DNA from: Marsupella aquatica
Lineage: Eukaryota; Plantae; Marchantiophyta
Assembly (NCBI GenBank): GCA_973895155.1
Contig: OZ316898.1
Span: 5,815,079 to 5,879,078, forward strand
Length of the DNA stretch: 64,000 nt
Direction of reading: 5' to 3'
Below are positions 1 through 13,788 of the stretch, piece after piece. The translations under genes were made by a program, and so were the position numbers. Numbering within the stretch: the stretch's first letter is position 1; the number at the start of each line of letters is the position of its first letter. Below the pieces are notes generated by a model. The model ran no database searches. It was not told the origin of the DNA and was given only the letters and a program-made list of their open reading frames with translations.

Positions 1-272
1 GAACGATATGAAACAACGGGAGTCTTGAGAGAGAGAGCGAGAGAAGGTAGGAGATGAAGACTATTAGGTTCAGCACGATTTGTGTCGGCGGGGGAACGGA
101 ATTGCGATGCAGTGGAAAGTGTAGATGGTGCCGGCCGACGTCTTTCTGCTTTATCGCAGGACTAGTAACGCAGCTGTATTGTTTTGGAGGATAAGCTGGG
201 GCGGTGACCATTTTGGTAGCGTGGTGAGAGGCTGCGGGCGTGCGTGCAGGCAGGCAGGCAGGCGATCGCACC

Positions 273-3200
273 ATGGGGTCGTCTCCGGCGCTGAGCACTG
301 GACCTGCGGCCCGGACGGTGGTGCTCCTGATGCCTCAATTGGCGGGGCCACATGCATTTGTGGCGCCTTCGGCGACGGGCGGTGGTGTTCCTCTGCCTTC
401 TTCTGCTTCTTTGCCGTCGGTGTCCTCTTTTTCTGCTGGTGCAGCTAATGGTGCTGCCCCTGGTGCAGGTTGGTGCTTTGCTTCCACTCAGTCCGATGTG
501 AGTTTTTGAAAGTGAAAGTCGTGTCCGAATTGAGAACTTGCTGTCTTCTTTTCTTTCTGAACTGCCTCTTCTTATTTTTTGTCCATGCTTGGAGAATGAA
601 TTTTGTCGCATGAGTTCGGGATTATCCTCCCTAGTCTATATTTGTATGGGCGTTTTCATTTGCACGAGAAGTGGAGGGCCTCATTTTCTCCCGTTGAAAT
701 ATTTAAAAACTGAGCTGTCACATTTGCATCTTCAAGGTTTTCTGGTTCAGGTTGTCTGTTACTCTTCTTTCATACGGTCAGTGTGAAGAGTAGACTTCGC
801 TTGCCAATGCTCCACGCACAATCTCGTTTTCCCTCAGTCTGAAGGAATGCTTTTCTACAGTAGTCGACCTGCCATATGTTTGTCATTAATGTAGTATAAT
901 GTATTGTGTTATGGGCTTGACGTGGAGGCACCTGAATTTAAAGGTGATCAATGGTGATAGTCTTGGATAATTCACCCATAGGCTCTCAGGTCTCAAAAAA
1001 TGTTTCGTTCACTTAAACCACATGTGATAAAGTTCCTGCACAATCACTGCTTATCCATTGAAAATGCGAGTCGTGAGTTTGTGATGCAAAATTCATTTTG
1101 AGTTCTCCCGGGAACATATTTCTGGCAGGATCGATGACGGGAAACTCCATGTCAGTGCCCAAGCCCTTGGATCCAAAATGTCTCGAAGCGTTGTTCGGTT
1201 ATGCTCGCCTTCTGTTTGCTCAACCTCACAGGGGCAAGGTATCTATTCCTGGTCTACAGCCCATAGCCTATAAGACCTTGTCTCATCCTCCTTGTTCTGC
1301 TAACAGAGCATCTGGGCTGCAGAAACCAGTGCACTCTTGTTATTCATTTTACGTGCACTGAGTTCTATTTAGAAATCCTTGGTCGTATCCTCGATTTGGT
1401 AATGATGAGCAAAGCTTTGTACAGAGTTGCTTTCTGGCCTTCTCTGTCTTGATAACGAGGTTCAAAAATGCTGTGTTTGTTGGCGATCCTGTTCTACAGC
1501 TTGCTGTTCTAGGAGGTGCTGGAAATAAAATGCACACGATCACCAGTTGGGACCCTGGTCAACAAACACTCGAGTCGGTAAGGGAACTGATAACTCTGGC
1601 TATATTCTACGCCCTTATCGTGCAAAAGCACAAATTTCCGTGGCTGCTAAGATGCTTGTAGCCATCAGAGGTGACCAGTCCCCTTTTGAAGGAAACATTG
1701 GAGAGATCTGGCAGCACTCTGCAGTCTGAATTGTACGGCACTGTTGTTTTCCTCCGTTAAACTTGGAATCCTGTCCGGGAGACCATGGAGATTACTAGAA
1801 CGAGTTTCTTGAAGCTGGAATTCTGGAGTTAGGGTGTCTTGGAGTTAGCAAGTACAGTTTACAAGTTGAGGAGTATACTTATGGTTCTCCTACGGGATTC
1901 GCTGCAACCTGCAGATTATGAAGGGGTTCTCTCAGTGGAAATTGTCAGAACAGGATTTTACAGCCAACGACCTGCAGTTCGGTATTCAGGAAGCTATTCA
2001 ATTGCTCTTCCAGGCTCCTGTGGATGAAATGGAAGATGAGAAATCCAAACTCAAGAGCAACCCCGTGGGGAACTCGCAAGAAACTGTCGCGTTGCCAGTG
2101 AAGTCTATCTCCGAGTTGTGGAAAACAGCTCAAATGGCGAGGGCAAGGCTTTTTGTGATTATGGCCGAGAACTGGTAAGAGCCTTTATAATGGAAGTACC
2201 AAGTTGGTTATGACTTCGTAGCCTTATCCGTCACGACGTGTTAAAGTCAGTGTGTTCCAAAGGTGCTCCCTTCAGATGATTGTTGAAGCACGAATAACAT
2301 GAGTTGTTCGTCTTGTTCGTTTTCTCTTTTCGGAAGGGGTGCAGGTGACTCTATAGACTTGTACCACAAGATGGTTCTTTCTGCTCTGATGAAGACTGAT
2401 ACAAGATCAAGCAGGGTGGAATGCTTCGATATATTACTCATGGGCTTGAGCAGTTCGGATATGTACTCCAACACGTGCGTGTGCATGCAAGATTCAGCTG
2501 TAAGTCACTCAATTCGGACAGGTCCTCTCATCGAAACTACTGCGTCTCTTAGACATGGCGGCAAGTACAGAACTCTTCTGTGCCAAGGAAATAACGGATG
2601 TAAATGACAATGGCTGTGTTCTTGCAGGCTGGCATTCGTCTCTCGGCGTCCTGCTACAAGCTTCCACCAGCATGTACAGCTGATCTCCTTTTGGACCTTG
2701 CATACCTTCATTTTGAACTGTCGGCTATTGCTGTGAAAGGACTAGCAACACCATTGGCGAAGCAACGGATGGATGAGTCAAGTTGCGGTGTTTCTTCATT
2801 GATCAAGCAGGAACACAAGGAGGGGTCATTGGAACTTAACCTTTCTTCCGATAGTGATTTGCGACTAGTTCTATACCAATCGTCTACCTTCGCACTGACA
2901 GGTTGGAATTTGTCTGTTCACATGCCTTGATTCTTTCATCCATTCTGCAGGCCCGTTGAATGATAATATTGTGCTCGTAGATTTCTATTGTAATGAATTA
3001 AGCATGGAGATTAGCCCAAGTCATTTAAGCATCATTTCGTGGCATGAATGTTTCATTTTGAATGGCCGTCATCCAGATTGGTGTTTTAGAGCCTCACTGT
3101 ACATTTAAGAGGAGGGACATTTCTTATAGTTTTGTCTGTCGAGTGGCTTATACTCTATTTCTTGTATGTGTTGGTCCTGAAGGTGGTTGCTGTTTCACTC

Positions 3201-6200
3201 CAAATGGAGGCGAGTTAAGAAAGTCTAGAACTGTTTTTCTCTATCGTGTAAATAGGCGAATTCCAGTGCCTCATCTTATGGCCTTGCCTTGTACTTCAAT
3301 TGCACTGGCTTTGCTTGAGATACCTCATTCAAGATCCGCTGCACACTTTTGGGAGACCGTAAGGCATGAAGACGCAGATACTGAAGGGCCTATTGTTTTA
3401 GCACTTTCGTCTGAAAGAGATTCACTGTCTGTCACACATCTTTTGGTATGGCGCTTGGAGAGGTTTTGGTTGCATGTACTCAAATTGAGGGATGCCTCTG
3501 ACGCTATGAAGGGGGAGTCATATTTCAAGGTAGAAGAGCCAGCAGATGACAAAGGAGCTACCCTATGTCAGGTAATGGGATGCATTGAAGTACGACTTAA
3601 GCGTTATGAGATATGGTTTGAATAGTGGCACTTTCGAGAATGCTTTGAGATGATCTGTTTTTGTGCTCTGATTAAACTTTTGCCTAATGCATACCTCTGA
3701 CAATTGGTGGATCGTGGTTGACAGGGGGCTCCTCTTTTCTCGCCAGATAGTCTGATAGCCTCCATAACTGGAAAGAGGTGCGACGACACAATTGATAGTT
3801 GTGGACAAGGGACCCCTCTTTTCGCGCGGGATGGCCTAATGGCCGCGATGTCTGGAAAGTTATCCGATGAAAAGCTGTTTGTAAACAAGAAACGTGGCTG
3901 TGAGGAGCTTGAGGATTCTGCAAATCCGTGCTGTGGTCCTAATCTAGCTATACGCGAAAAGAAAGGCTCTAAACACCTGGAACGCCCGAATCGATGCATC
4001 CCGCCAACAAACTCAGAGACAGTCATTGGGGGGCCAGATAAACACTCTGCTAGCCTAGCAGCATTATTGGCTCCAATCAGGTGAAACAAGTCTCTCGTCT
4101 CACTCTTAGGGTTATTATCGCTTTTTGACCGAATGGGTAGGATAGGACATTGTGTAGCACATGCTCTTCTGTGGGATGGAACTGAACATTTTTTGAGACA
4201 GCATGGAGCAGCGCGTCAGTCAGGGATCGTCTATGTCTATTATCAGGGACAATTGGTTTAAATCCTGTAATCAAAGTTTAATAGCTTTGGGTCTGTCAGT
4301 TTACCAATGTTCTTACCATAGTTCCTCCAGTGTGTGTTTGTGTTATGGTGAGATTTTGCAGATCTGTGTTCATGTCGGAAGATCCTGCAGCTGAGCTTGT
4401 GAATACTGCAACTACAGTGAGTTTCTGCCGTACATAAGCTGTGCGCTATCAAGGATGCCTTGTGGTCAGAATATCGAGGCTAAGCTGAGGGAGTAATAGA
4501 TCTATTAGTCTACGTAAATAGTCCAAACATGCCAGACTCCGAACTTGATTATACTCCAAACCTAAAAGTTCTAATGCACAGTTTCTTTTCAATTGTACAG
4601 TATGTTGCGCGGTTGCTAGAGTTGACGGAGAAGAATGATGGATCTCTCTTTCCTACTGCCGCAGATATGTGAGTTATTCTCATTCTCTTGATCTCCGCTA
4701 CGTAAGTTTTGAAACTGCCTTTGAGTACTTCGGATATGGGTGGTTATGTAGCTCTACGTCTTTATCACTTGTTACTTTATCTTTCCGATAATCATTCCTG
4801 TGCTTTCCTTTGGTAGGGCTTCCTTTCTGGCGACAAGCAGATTTGTAGATTAGTCTGATAGTTCTTAGATATGACTTTTTGTCCTTTGTTGCTAGACAGT
4901 CCTGTAGCCCGAAGGGAACTATACAAGAAGATGTGGTGGGAGCTGAAGCGTCTTGCTAAACGTACTCGCAAGGATAAGACTCAAGGGCAGGAAGATCTTG
5001 CCCAAGCAATTCGTGCTGCTAGAGCTGATTTCAAGATCTCAGAGCACCGTAAGATTCAACCTCCAAGTGCTTTGACGCTTCTAGCAATCCAGCATTGTTT
5101 GGGAGGGTTGTTATATCTTATTTCTGCGGTTTTGAGGTTGCTACAGTTCTCATGACGTCTCGTTTTTAGTTTTTTAATCATTTAGTTATTTGTTCCTGGT
5201 TTGCGCAATATTGTAACGTGACTCTCAATCTGGCTTTTAGATTTGGGTGCTAAATCCTAAAATTGCAACTTCCCATCTCGTTTCTCATTTCAAAATGAAA
5301 CAGAATTGCCGCAGCCACTGCCTGCGCTGACTGACAAGCCTACGGAGCATGTACATATCAATAAACGACGGAGATGTGAGGAGGTTCCCCGTGACATCCA
5401 TGGTCGGCCTATTTTTCCTATAAAACTGGGGCCAAGCTTACAGGTCTATGACCTTGGAAACGTGGTCTTTAATCGACCTGCATTTCACAGTGAAAAGTAC
5501 ATTTGGTAAGGATTTTGGAGGAACAAGATTCCTTAAAGCAAAGAGCTTGAGATATCTGGTCTGTGTTCTGTTCAGAGTAGGTTAGATTGTCGGATGTAAG
5601 TGTTTACACAACCCATTTATCTTGCGAGCTCTTGAGCAGACGATAAGTGCCCACGATCTGGAATAAGCTTACACCTTTTCTTGGGGTACGGAAGGAAGTT
5701 AATGCCTTTAGTGGGTTCTGGAGCTTGCCTGCGTTTTGTTCTGAACCTACGATATTTCCTGATGGCACCTAATGAATGCAGGCCTGCAGGGTATAAAAGC
5801 AGACGAGCATATGCAAGTATGCTAAACTCTGAGAATCGAATTTTCTATTGGTATGTAATTTTTGGTCCAAGTTGGTTTGATTGTAAGGTCTTGTCCGCCA
5901 TTGTTACCAATTTCGTGCAGCTGACTGAGTCGCTCAATTTTGCACAAAAAAGAATTGTATTTCAACTTTTATGCTTTTAAGTGTAATACATTCCTGCATT
6001 CTAAGTTACACAACGGTGATGTCGAAAACCTCCTCATGAGGTGCATTTTGATGGGACAGGTGCGAGATTGTGGATGATGGTCAAGCCCCTGAGTTTCGTC
6101 TGACTCCAGGTCTGCCTTTTGTATGCTCAGTTGATGATATTATACAACTATATGACGTGTAGAGATGCGAGAGAGAGTAAAAGTGTTGAACTACCATAGC

Positions 6201-7377
6201 TGTTTGTCTATGGTGGACTATGTACATGGTCGACCATACTTCAACTCAAACTGAAATTTACCTCATTTTGTTGCAGAGGACGATGAGAGCAACCCTGTGG
6301 TTGGTATATCTGCGACTGCTGTTTGGACCGTTGTTGTGAAGCGTGTTGGGGCTCTTCGACTCGAGGAGGGTGGCAAGAAAACCTTTGCCAATGTTTCAGG
6401 TAAATGTGTTGTTGAGTTATTGTGACGGAATCTGTCGTCACTTTACTGGTCTGTTCATCCATTGCTCAAGCAGTTGACAAAGTTTGTTCAATTTGTGCAA
6501 ACAGGTGGGGTTTCACTAATCAATATGTATTGTCTGACACTTGAGCAGGACCAGAATATTTTGGGTTTGCTAACCCGACGATTGCACGGCTGATACAACA
6601 ACTGCCCAATTCGGACAAGTGTTCTAAGTACAAGTATGTTCTGTAGCTACTGCCTCCTATTTCTTAAAATTGTCCAGAGCTAGCTTTAACAAAGCTCACA
6701 TCGTGAGTAGTGGTTCCAAGATTGCTTCTTACCGCTAATGGCCAGGTTGGGAACCCAATCGTTGTCCTCAAGGATCATTTTGCTGAGTCAAATCGTGTGT
6801 ACGGTTGAGATCTTTAAAGTAAATGAACTCAATACTGGATGCGCAACTTTCTTTGATTGAGTTACACTGGCATAACATGAGTCGGAAGATTTGAATCTCG
6901 ACTGCTTTGTTCTGCAGACGCCAAGATTACTTTCCGAATGTGCCGATGAGGTCAACCGAGTTGGATGCCTGGCAGGGCGTTGCAGCCAGTGAAAGCGCAT
7001 CCAGTCCTCAGAGGAAAGAAAACATGACAGAGGGCAAGGAGGAAACTCAGGTGCCTCCGGCGCCCCAAGAGCATGGCAGTGATCACGAGATGACAGATGT
7101 TGGGGACAGAGCTGATCAGGATGAGGCTACTGATGTCCCAGAGGAAGACGGAGTGCGAGTACACAGGCAGGATACTGGAAGCAATGAAAGTGAGCTGCGA
7201 GGAATGTCTTGGGACTCTGAAGAGTTTAGAAAAGCGTTCTCAAGGAGACACAAATTAGGCCTTGCAGAATTCTCAAAACAATTTTTGGCGAGTAATTCGG
7301 GAAGTTTGTTTAGCTATTATTGGTCTGCCAAGTTGAAAAGGGCTGCAGAAACAGTTGAGCTCGATGGTAGGAGGTAG
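273..7377 (+). CDS. Multi-exon gene for a protein with C-terminal FYRN + FYRC (FY-rich) domains, TBRG1-like module; long N-terminal region unassigned
   Basis: GT-AG exons read in phase. 5304-5505 gives RPIFPIKLGPSLQVYDLGNVVFNRPAFHSEKYIW; ~5782-5850 gives PAGYKSRRAYASM...FYW; ~6060-6108 gives CEIVDDGQAPEFRLTP (FYRN). ~6277-6399 gives SATAVWTVVVKRV...NVS and ~6549-6633 gives GPEYFGFANPTIARLIQQLPNSDKCSKY (FYRC). The last exon ~6919-7377 ends in TAG. Exon 273-468 joins 1129-1238 in phase. Further exons at ~1915-2174, 2345-2497, 2628-2901, 3257-3570, 3726-4080 and 4898-5047. Structure near 1500-1730 and 4100-4700 is unresolved. Confidence 0.75.
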
Positions 7378-9789
7378 ACAGGGTACTTGTCTCAACATGG
7401 ATGTCCGCCAGAGTCCGTAAAGGTCTTGCGAGTGGGCCGGGTGTGGTGTTCCTTCAGGTATGCCAGATGGCATAATGTACAGTTCTAGGAAGGGACTCCC
7501 TTTCACTCGGTAGTTTGCCTACAGTAAGGCATGTACATAGAGCACACAGAGCTAGGAAGAAACACAAACATGGTCAGTTTAGTGATCCGATTTTGCATTG
7601 CAGAAGCTGCTGCAAATTGTGCAAATTGTTATTGGAAACGGAAGTGTAATATACTGGTACTGTTCCTCGCCACGAGTGGGGTTGCAACTCTCGAGGCAAA
7701 GCTTAAAACTCAAATAGGTGCTGTTGCAAAATTGCTAGATCTTTGAGTCCTTCATACATTTTATCAGTACGGGATGTCACTTGGATCATGAATGAGTTTT
7801 GTTCATTCCAACACGTGTAGCCACCAACAGCCATCAATTCACGGTGACACCAAGATTCATGTAGTGCACAGCATGAGGAAGCAACGACGGCTACAGTGGT
7901 AGGACTAAACAAGTCCGGGAGCCCGCTTCCGTGTCGACGACACTGGCGACAGTGTTGATCGGGACAGACTCAATCGTCACGAGACCACACATAACATCAG
8001 ACGGAAGAGCAACGTCTTGTTTGCCACATTGCCTAGATGAATATTACCTCAACGTTAATTTCCCAGTCCACTTTCCAGGACACAAGGTTTAGCTGGAAGA
8101 CTGAGCAAACCTTTGCCAGCAACATGGAGTTGCCGAATTCTAACCACTACAGGAAACACGGAGGCCAAGCACCTCCAGTGGTTACGCATTGGTATACACT
8201 AAAAGTAGTTCTGACCAAACCGCTTAATTAAGCCCAGCTTGGCTGCCCGGGTTTGCCTTCGTATCCACACAGGTTTTGGAGTGGTGGAGTGTCGTTCGAT
8301 CCTACAGGGACCTGTGACTCTGGCGGACGGTGAACGGTGGGAGGCTGATCTACAGACATAGAAAGGCATTAAATATGAAATAAAAAATGAACTCCTGATG
8401 ATGAGGTAGGATTGACTAATAAAAAATGGGAGTTTCCTTTGTCGTATTTTCGATTGCTTGGATGGCAAGCGATGGCGGGGGCCGGCCTTTGAGCATCTAG
8501 GTCCAATGTACAAACCTATCTCGCACTGGAGGGTTGCTCCTTGGGATGTGATGTTGGGGATTTCCTGACTACTTCATGGTTTTGTGACAATTTCCCGAAA
8601 TGTTGGATTTGACTTCGGTCCCGTCAAAATTGGCAGTCAGGAGGTCGATCCCAAGGCAGGGGCATGGCCAGGCCGGGAGTCGGCGATCTTCCGATCCGGT
8701 TCTGCCTTTTTCACCCGAGGCATATGGGCTATACAAGGAGAGTGACTCTATATCGTCCATAGCGAAGTTGATGTGTGCACGGTGATACTGTCTTCTGTTG
8801 TGATAAGTTTTTGAGGTGAACGAGTTCCTGTACTACTGGTACCGGCCGGCCTGAGAACGCAGCCTGCAAGTTGTTTTCCATCGCCTTTAGCCGGAGGGCT
8901 ATCCAACGAGTGCTGGTCGAGTTGGCAGAGCGAGGATCGCTCTTGTGGGTAGCCGCAACGGTGTAGGTGCAAGAGTATACTCGCTCCCATGTGTTTTTGG
9001 ATTTTGACAGCGGCACCTGGGACAGAACTCAGATCAGAGCATTGACCTGTATGTTTTCGTAGAAACTCTCTTCTCGGATCTGTTGTCAGGAAACATTAGG
9101 TCACTCGCGACTTGCGTTACATATTGGTCGAGCATTCATGTGAGGGCTTGGTCATCAAGGAAGGTGCTTGCCTGATCTGGAGACTCATGCGATCGGCGGC
9201 GCAATTCCTTGATGACTAAGCCCCCAAATGAGTCCTTGACTGTCCTGTTAGAACCGTCTATGAGATCGCAATCCTGAGGCATGAAGATCTAGAGCAAGAG
9301 CAAGAGAATCTGACTTTCAAAGTCGGGTGCGTATATCCGTTCTGTTCGATTGCATGATCGGAGAAAAACAGTCGAGTGTAGATGTAAACAACTTTTTGAT
9401 CTGTTTTGCAGGTGCCTCTGCTTTGAGACTAGAGTGTTGCATGTTTGGATGCATCCAATAATTTTTCAGTAATCCGTGAGTGTTTGATACCACTGGAAAG
9501 CTCAAGAGCTTTCTAATGTTATCGAATTTGCTCCCAGAGGTTTGTGTAGACCGACAATCAACCCCAAGCTGATCTGAAATGCAGGTTTCGGAAAACACGA
9601 ACTACTGTGATTGATTTGAAAATGGGAGAAATGAGGCGGGGGCGTGAGGCTTCCTGGCCAATAGGAGTTGAAGTTCAAATTGTCATAAGTTGACGACTGC
9701 ACTTTTGGTCCGAGACTCAAAACCCCCTGCCACAATTTCCGTAAAGAGGTACCGAGATCCTTCCTCTCTTTCTCTCTCACCCTCTCTTC

Positions 9790-11310
9790 GCCAGCCACTG
9801 TCCAACCAAAACCCCTGTAGTCCTTCGGTCCATAAGTATCCCAACAGTCCCTCCACCACGCCTTCCTCCTGCTTACCAATCCCAAAATCCTTCAGCAATA
9901 GATCCAAACACGTCCACGCTTCGAACGCAAAAGCCGGAAACTAGTTCCCCGCCCCCTGCGAGTACCTCAGTTTGCAGAACTCGGTGTGCAGCACAGTTTC
10001 GTATTTTGCTTTCTCCGAAAACGTGATGCGAAGACCGCCGTTGCCATTGCTTCCACCACTATTGTTAGCCTGAGACTCGGGACTTGAGAAGTACGCACTT
10101 ATCCAAAGTGCTTGGAGTTGGGCGATGAGAGGCGTGCTGATGGTGAGCACGCACGCTGCAAACGCTATGCTCTTTCCTCTAGCAGGGGCCGGAGGAACCA
10201 TGAAGCGGTAGAGGCGGTAGGGTCTAAGGGGCGCTGCACGATCTTTACCGTAAGCTTGGATGGGATTACGCGATTCGAAGCAGGACGGATGGACTCTTCA
10301 AGATAGAAAGCCGAATCACGATTTCGTGGTCCGCTTTCAACACAAGCTTGGAGTCGTCGTCGGCGATGGCGGAAGGAAGTCCGAGGGACGACGGCAAAGA
10401 CTCCGGGACGAAAGTCACACGGGGCTTCCACTTCCAACCCGTAGCGCAGACCAGAGCATCAGTCGGTAACTCGACGCCGGTGTCAAGATGGACGGTGTGC
10501 GGGGACAGGTGCGTGATATCCGCTATCTGGACGGTGCGATGGACGGTGACGATGGACGATGGACGGTGAAGATGGATACTGATGACGGTGACGTCGGCTA
10601 TATGGACGGTGACGATGGTGGATGGACGATGGACGGTGAAGATGGACAGTGATGATGGTGACGTCGGCTATATGGACGGTGACGATGGTGGATGGACGAT
10701 GGACGGTGAAGATGGACAGTGATGATGGTGACGTCGGCTATATGGACGGTGACGATCCACTATATCAACGGTGACGGTCCGGAATCTGTGGGGTGATTGC
10801 GCCTACCTAACCTAGTCGCCCCCATCCACGTCGGGTCCGTAGTCAGCGTCAGTTTGGCGGTTTCCGGGTAACCATTCAGCGTCCTCAAGTCCTTCTCCAG
10901 TATCCCAAAGAAGGAGCGGACAATCGTCCTCCCGATGCCGGTTCCATGGAGAGCCCGTCTCACCAGACCCCCGAAACCCTTCGACCTCCCCCCATATGCA
11001 CGGGCTGAACCAGGTTACCAACGCAGGCTAGCTTCTCGAGCCATAACTTCAGCGGTGTCGCGTGAGTGGGGCCGTGGGGGCCATCCATATTGGGCCATGA
11101 CCAGACTGATGACCGGATGATCATGTCGACCGGGGTGCCGCGACTGGCGTACCCGTATACCAGGTCCAATGCAGATTTGGAGCCCCCCAGGACGACGATG
11201 CGGGTGGCCGTTTTGAGGGTGGAAGCGTATTGGAGGTGGTCACATGAGTGGAAGAGGGGGGTGGAGAAAGAGTCGATCCCGGGAAACCTGATCACTTCAG
11301 CCGGCCTCAA
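9790..11310 (-). pseudogene. Frameshifted, N-terminally truncated flavin-containing monooxygenase (FMO-like) of ascomycete type
   Basis: Ordered motifs across frames: FPGIDSFSTPLFHS, IVVLGGSKSALD (NADPH Rossmann), GHGPIWMAP-like segment, TPLKLWLEKL, TWFSPCIWG, HGTGIGRTIV, IADITHLSPHTVHL, DALVCATGW, PYRLYRFMVPP, SIAFA...QALWISAYF, YETVLHTEFCKLRY, LDLLLKD, RRKAWWRDCWDTYGPKDYRG. Several frameshifts and stops; no N-terminal FAD-binding GxGxxG seen. Confidence 0.8.
10551..10756. repeat. 70-bp tandem repeat (~3 copies) inside the FMO relic
   Basis: ggacggtgaagatgga starts at 10561, 10631 and 10701. Confidence 0.9.
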
Positions 11311-12034
11311 CTTTACATTCCAGAGGCGCGCTGACGTTCCTCAAAATTACACAGGAAAAATTATGGACTCCCACTCCCAATGGACGGTACCGTGGTGGAG
11401 CACAGTACCCCTATTGCATTCGGTTGCTCTCACATCCTCTGTCTTGCTGATTTTTGGAAAGTCTTTGCCGATAGAGTTGTTCCTCTATAAGTGCGCAATC
11501 CCAGGAAGAAGCATCCCGTGTGTGAATGCCGGTGTGCATCACGTGATAAGTGCAAAATTGCCAATTGTGCATTATTGACCAGAGCTACAGTCCCATGTGC
11601 TATGGCCCCTCTTCAGCGAGCGTTCTTGTGACTTCCACCCTAAACTGTATATCCTTGCCTAAAACATGATCCCCTACAATATAAGTGCAATTTTACTCTA
11701 TGGAAAAATCCCACGCACTTATGGGTCAATATAATTAGATGGGATTTGTGCACTTGCTGAAGAGTGCCTCCTTCACACTTTTGGACCACTCAAACTATAT
11801 GTATCCAATTGTCAAAGTCAGGATTCCAAAGGGAAAAGACCTAGTAAAAGGGGGGAAAGAGTAAAATGGAGAGACCCAGGAAGACCAAAGAGGCCTCACA
11901 AGCCGAGAGTCCCAAACAAACCCTTAAGAACTATTAGCCCACCAAGGAATAGAGAGAACCAAATCCTTAGTCCCAGGAAAATTGAAAAGACTACCCTTAG
12001 TATTAGAGCTCTGGAATACCCTTGTGAGGTTGTA

Positions 12035-12329
12035 GTGCGAACAGGCCCAAAGTTTTTCAGGCCTGTTTGCACTTACAAAAGGTGCATAAAAGGTGCAAAC
12101 TCAGGTAAAAATGGATGGAAGAACGGAACATCTTGCATTTATCTAGGATTTGCACTTATAAAGCTCTGGGATACACTTGGAAAGTTGAAGTGCAAACAGG
12201 CCCAAAGTTTTTCAGGCCTTTTTGCACTTAAAGAAGGTGCAAGAAAGGTGCAAGAAAGGTGCAAACTCAGGTAAAAAGAAAGGGAAGAACAGAAGGTCTT
12301 GCATTTATCCAGGATTTGCACTTATAAAG
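12035..12329. repeat. Imperfect direct duplication (~130-140 bp units), probably TE-derived
   Basis: gtgc(g/a)aacaggcccaaagtttttcaggcct...tcttgcatttatc(t/c)aggatttgcacttataaag at 12035-12163 and 12190-12329. Confidence 0.7.
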
Positions 12330-13788
12330 TGAGCCCTTTAGAGAGAGTATTGTCTTGTACGCACTCGAAAACTGGTCTCTCTCGTATTCAGCTTCCTTAG
12401 TATCAGCGGACGAGTCTTCGGTTCCTACAGATTACAATGAGAACAACGTTCTCAATTGGATGCATGAAGCGATCCCACGTTGTTGAATGCAAGCACTTGC
12501 GAACAATCCAATTCTGCATCTAAAATGCTGTCGCCTGGTGATTCTCCTCGACATCTTTCAAAATTCAAATCGATGGACCGTCGGCCGTCTTTCGAACGTT
12601 TTCCATTCCGGTGCATTTTCATGTCGGTTCAGAACGGGACTCGTTGTTTCACGATCTCCTCATCGAATGCTGCTGTTGTGCTCGAAGAACACGGCATAAG
12701 CAATAAGAAAATGTACTACGGTCACATTATGGACTCTCAAAATTGTGCGTCAATGTCGGATTCTGATTCTTGGAGGAGAAAATTTCAATCGGAACCGCAC
12801 AGACTATAGTAAGATGTTGTGGTGCCCTGTTTTTTTCGTTCAGAAAGACGAGCATGAGAGTTGAGGCTTAAATTTGTAACACCAGCCGCCTGTCTACTAC
12901 AGAGAGTTTGCTCGATACACCCGTCGCAAGAAGTTGATGGTGAAGATTGAGATACCATGAAGAATCACAAATGCACAACGTCGAAGAAAGGTACTCTCGT
13001 GTGAATGTCATGCATTTTCTGATGTGTGGCATGCATAGAACGACACCCTCGCCTTCTGCCTTGGCTAGTTCATTGCCGTTCACTTGAGAAGAACCGCAAG
13101 GTGCTGTTCGACCCCGCTCTATATCATGATTCAAAAATCCAATTCCGAGTTTATCGCATAAAAAATTGCACGCTTTTCATTGAAACTCCCCGATCCCCGA
13201 AGTGCCACTCCGTATCGTGCCCGAGACAAATTGTTGGTTCTGGCAATTATCGTAAGACAAATCACTGCAAGATTTCCGGACTCCCACCACAATCACCAGT
13301 TTCATGAATAGACTAAGGAAATAACTGGCACAGACGAGGCCTAGTGCTCCCAGAGGCTGAATCATGTGATTTTAAATAAGGGATCGAACTTGATGGCTTC
13401 GGGTTTCTCTTTGTGGCAGGAAAGACAAGCAGAAGCAGCTGCTGATGGTTACTCAATCTAAATATTCTAATAGCCAACTTTTATTGTGCTTTTCTTCTTA
13501 GGTAATGTCTGAAATTTCCATGACAATGCTTGTAATGTGACGATCGGAGGAAGGCTAAAGGCTACAAGAGTCTCCAGAGAATCTGAGAGTTTGAGTTTGC
13601 TCACTGAAAGGAAGTCAGATATATAACGCGATGGAAGCGAGTGTAATTTCTTGGTTGGAAATTGCCGCTGGACGGAATGGATGCGATGTCTGTGCTGCTT
13701 TCAAACACGATTATGAATTCTTCACGGCCCTCTGTGAAAGGAAACAGCTTCCGGCCCTGTATACATGGAACCCCATGATTAGATTTAT

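Noticed and set aside
8569-9016. Protein-like minus-strand frames after a good splice acceptor (VPLSKSKNTWERVY...)
   Set aside because: No recognisable domain and no consistent gene model.
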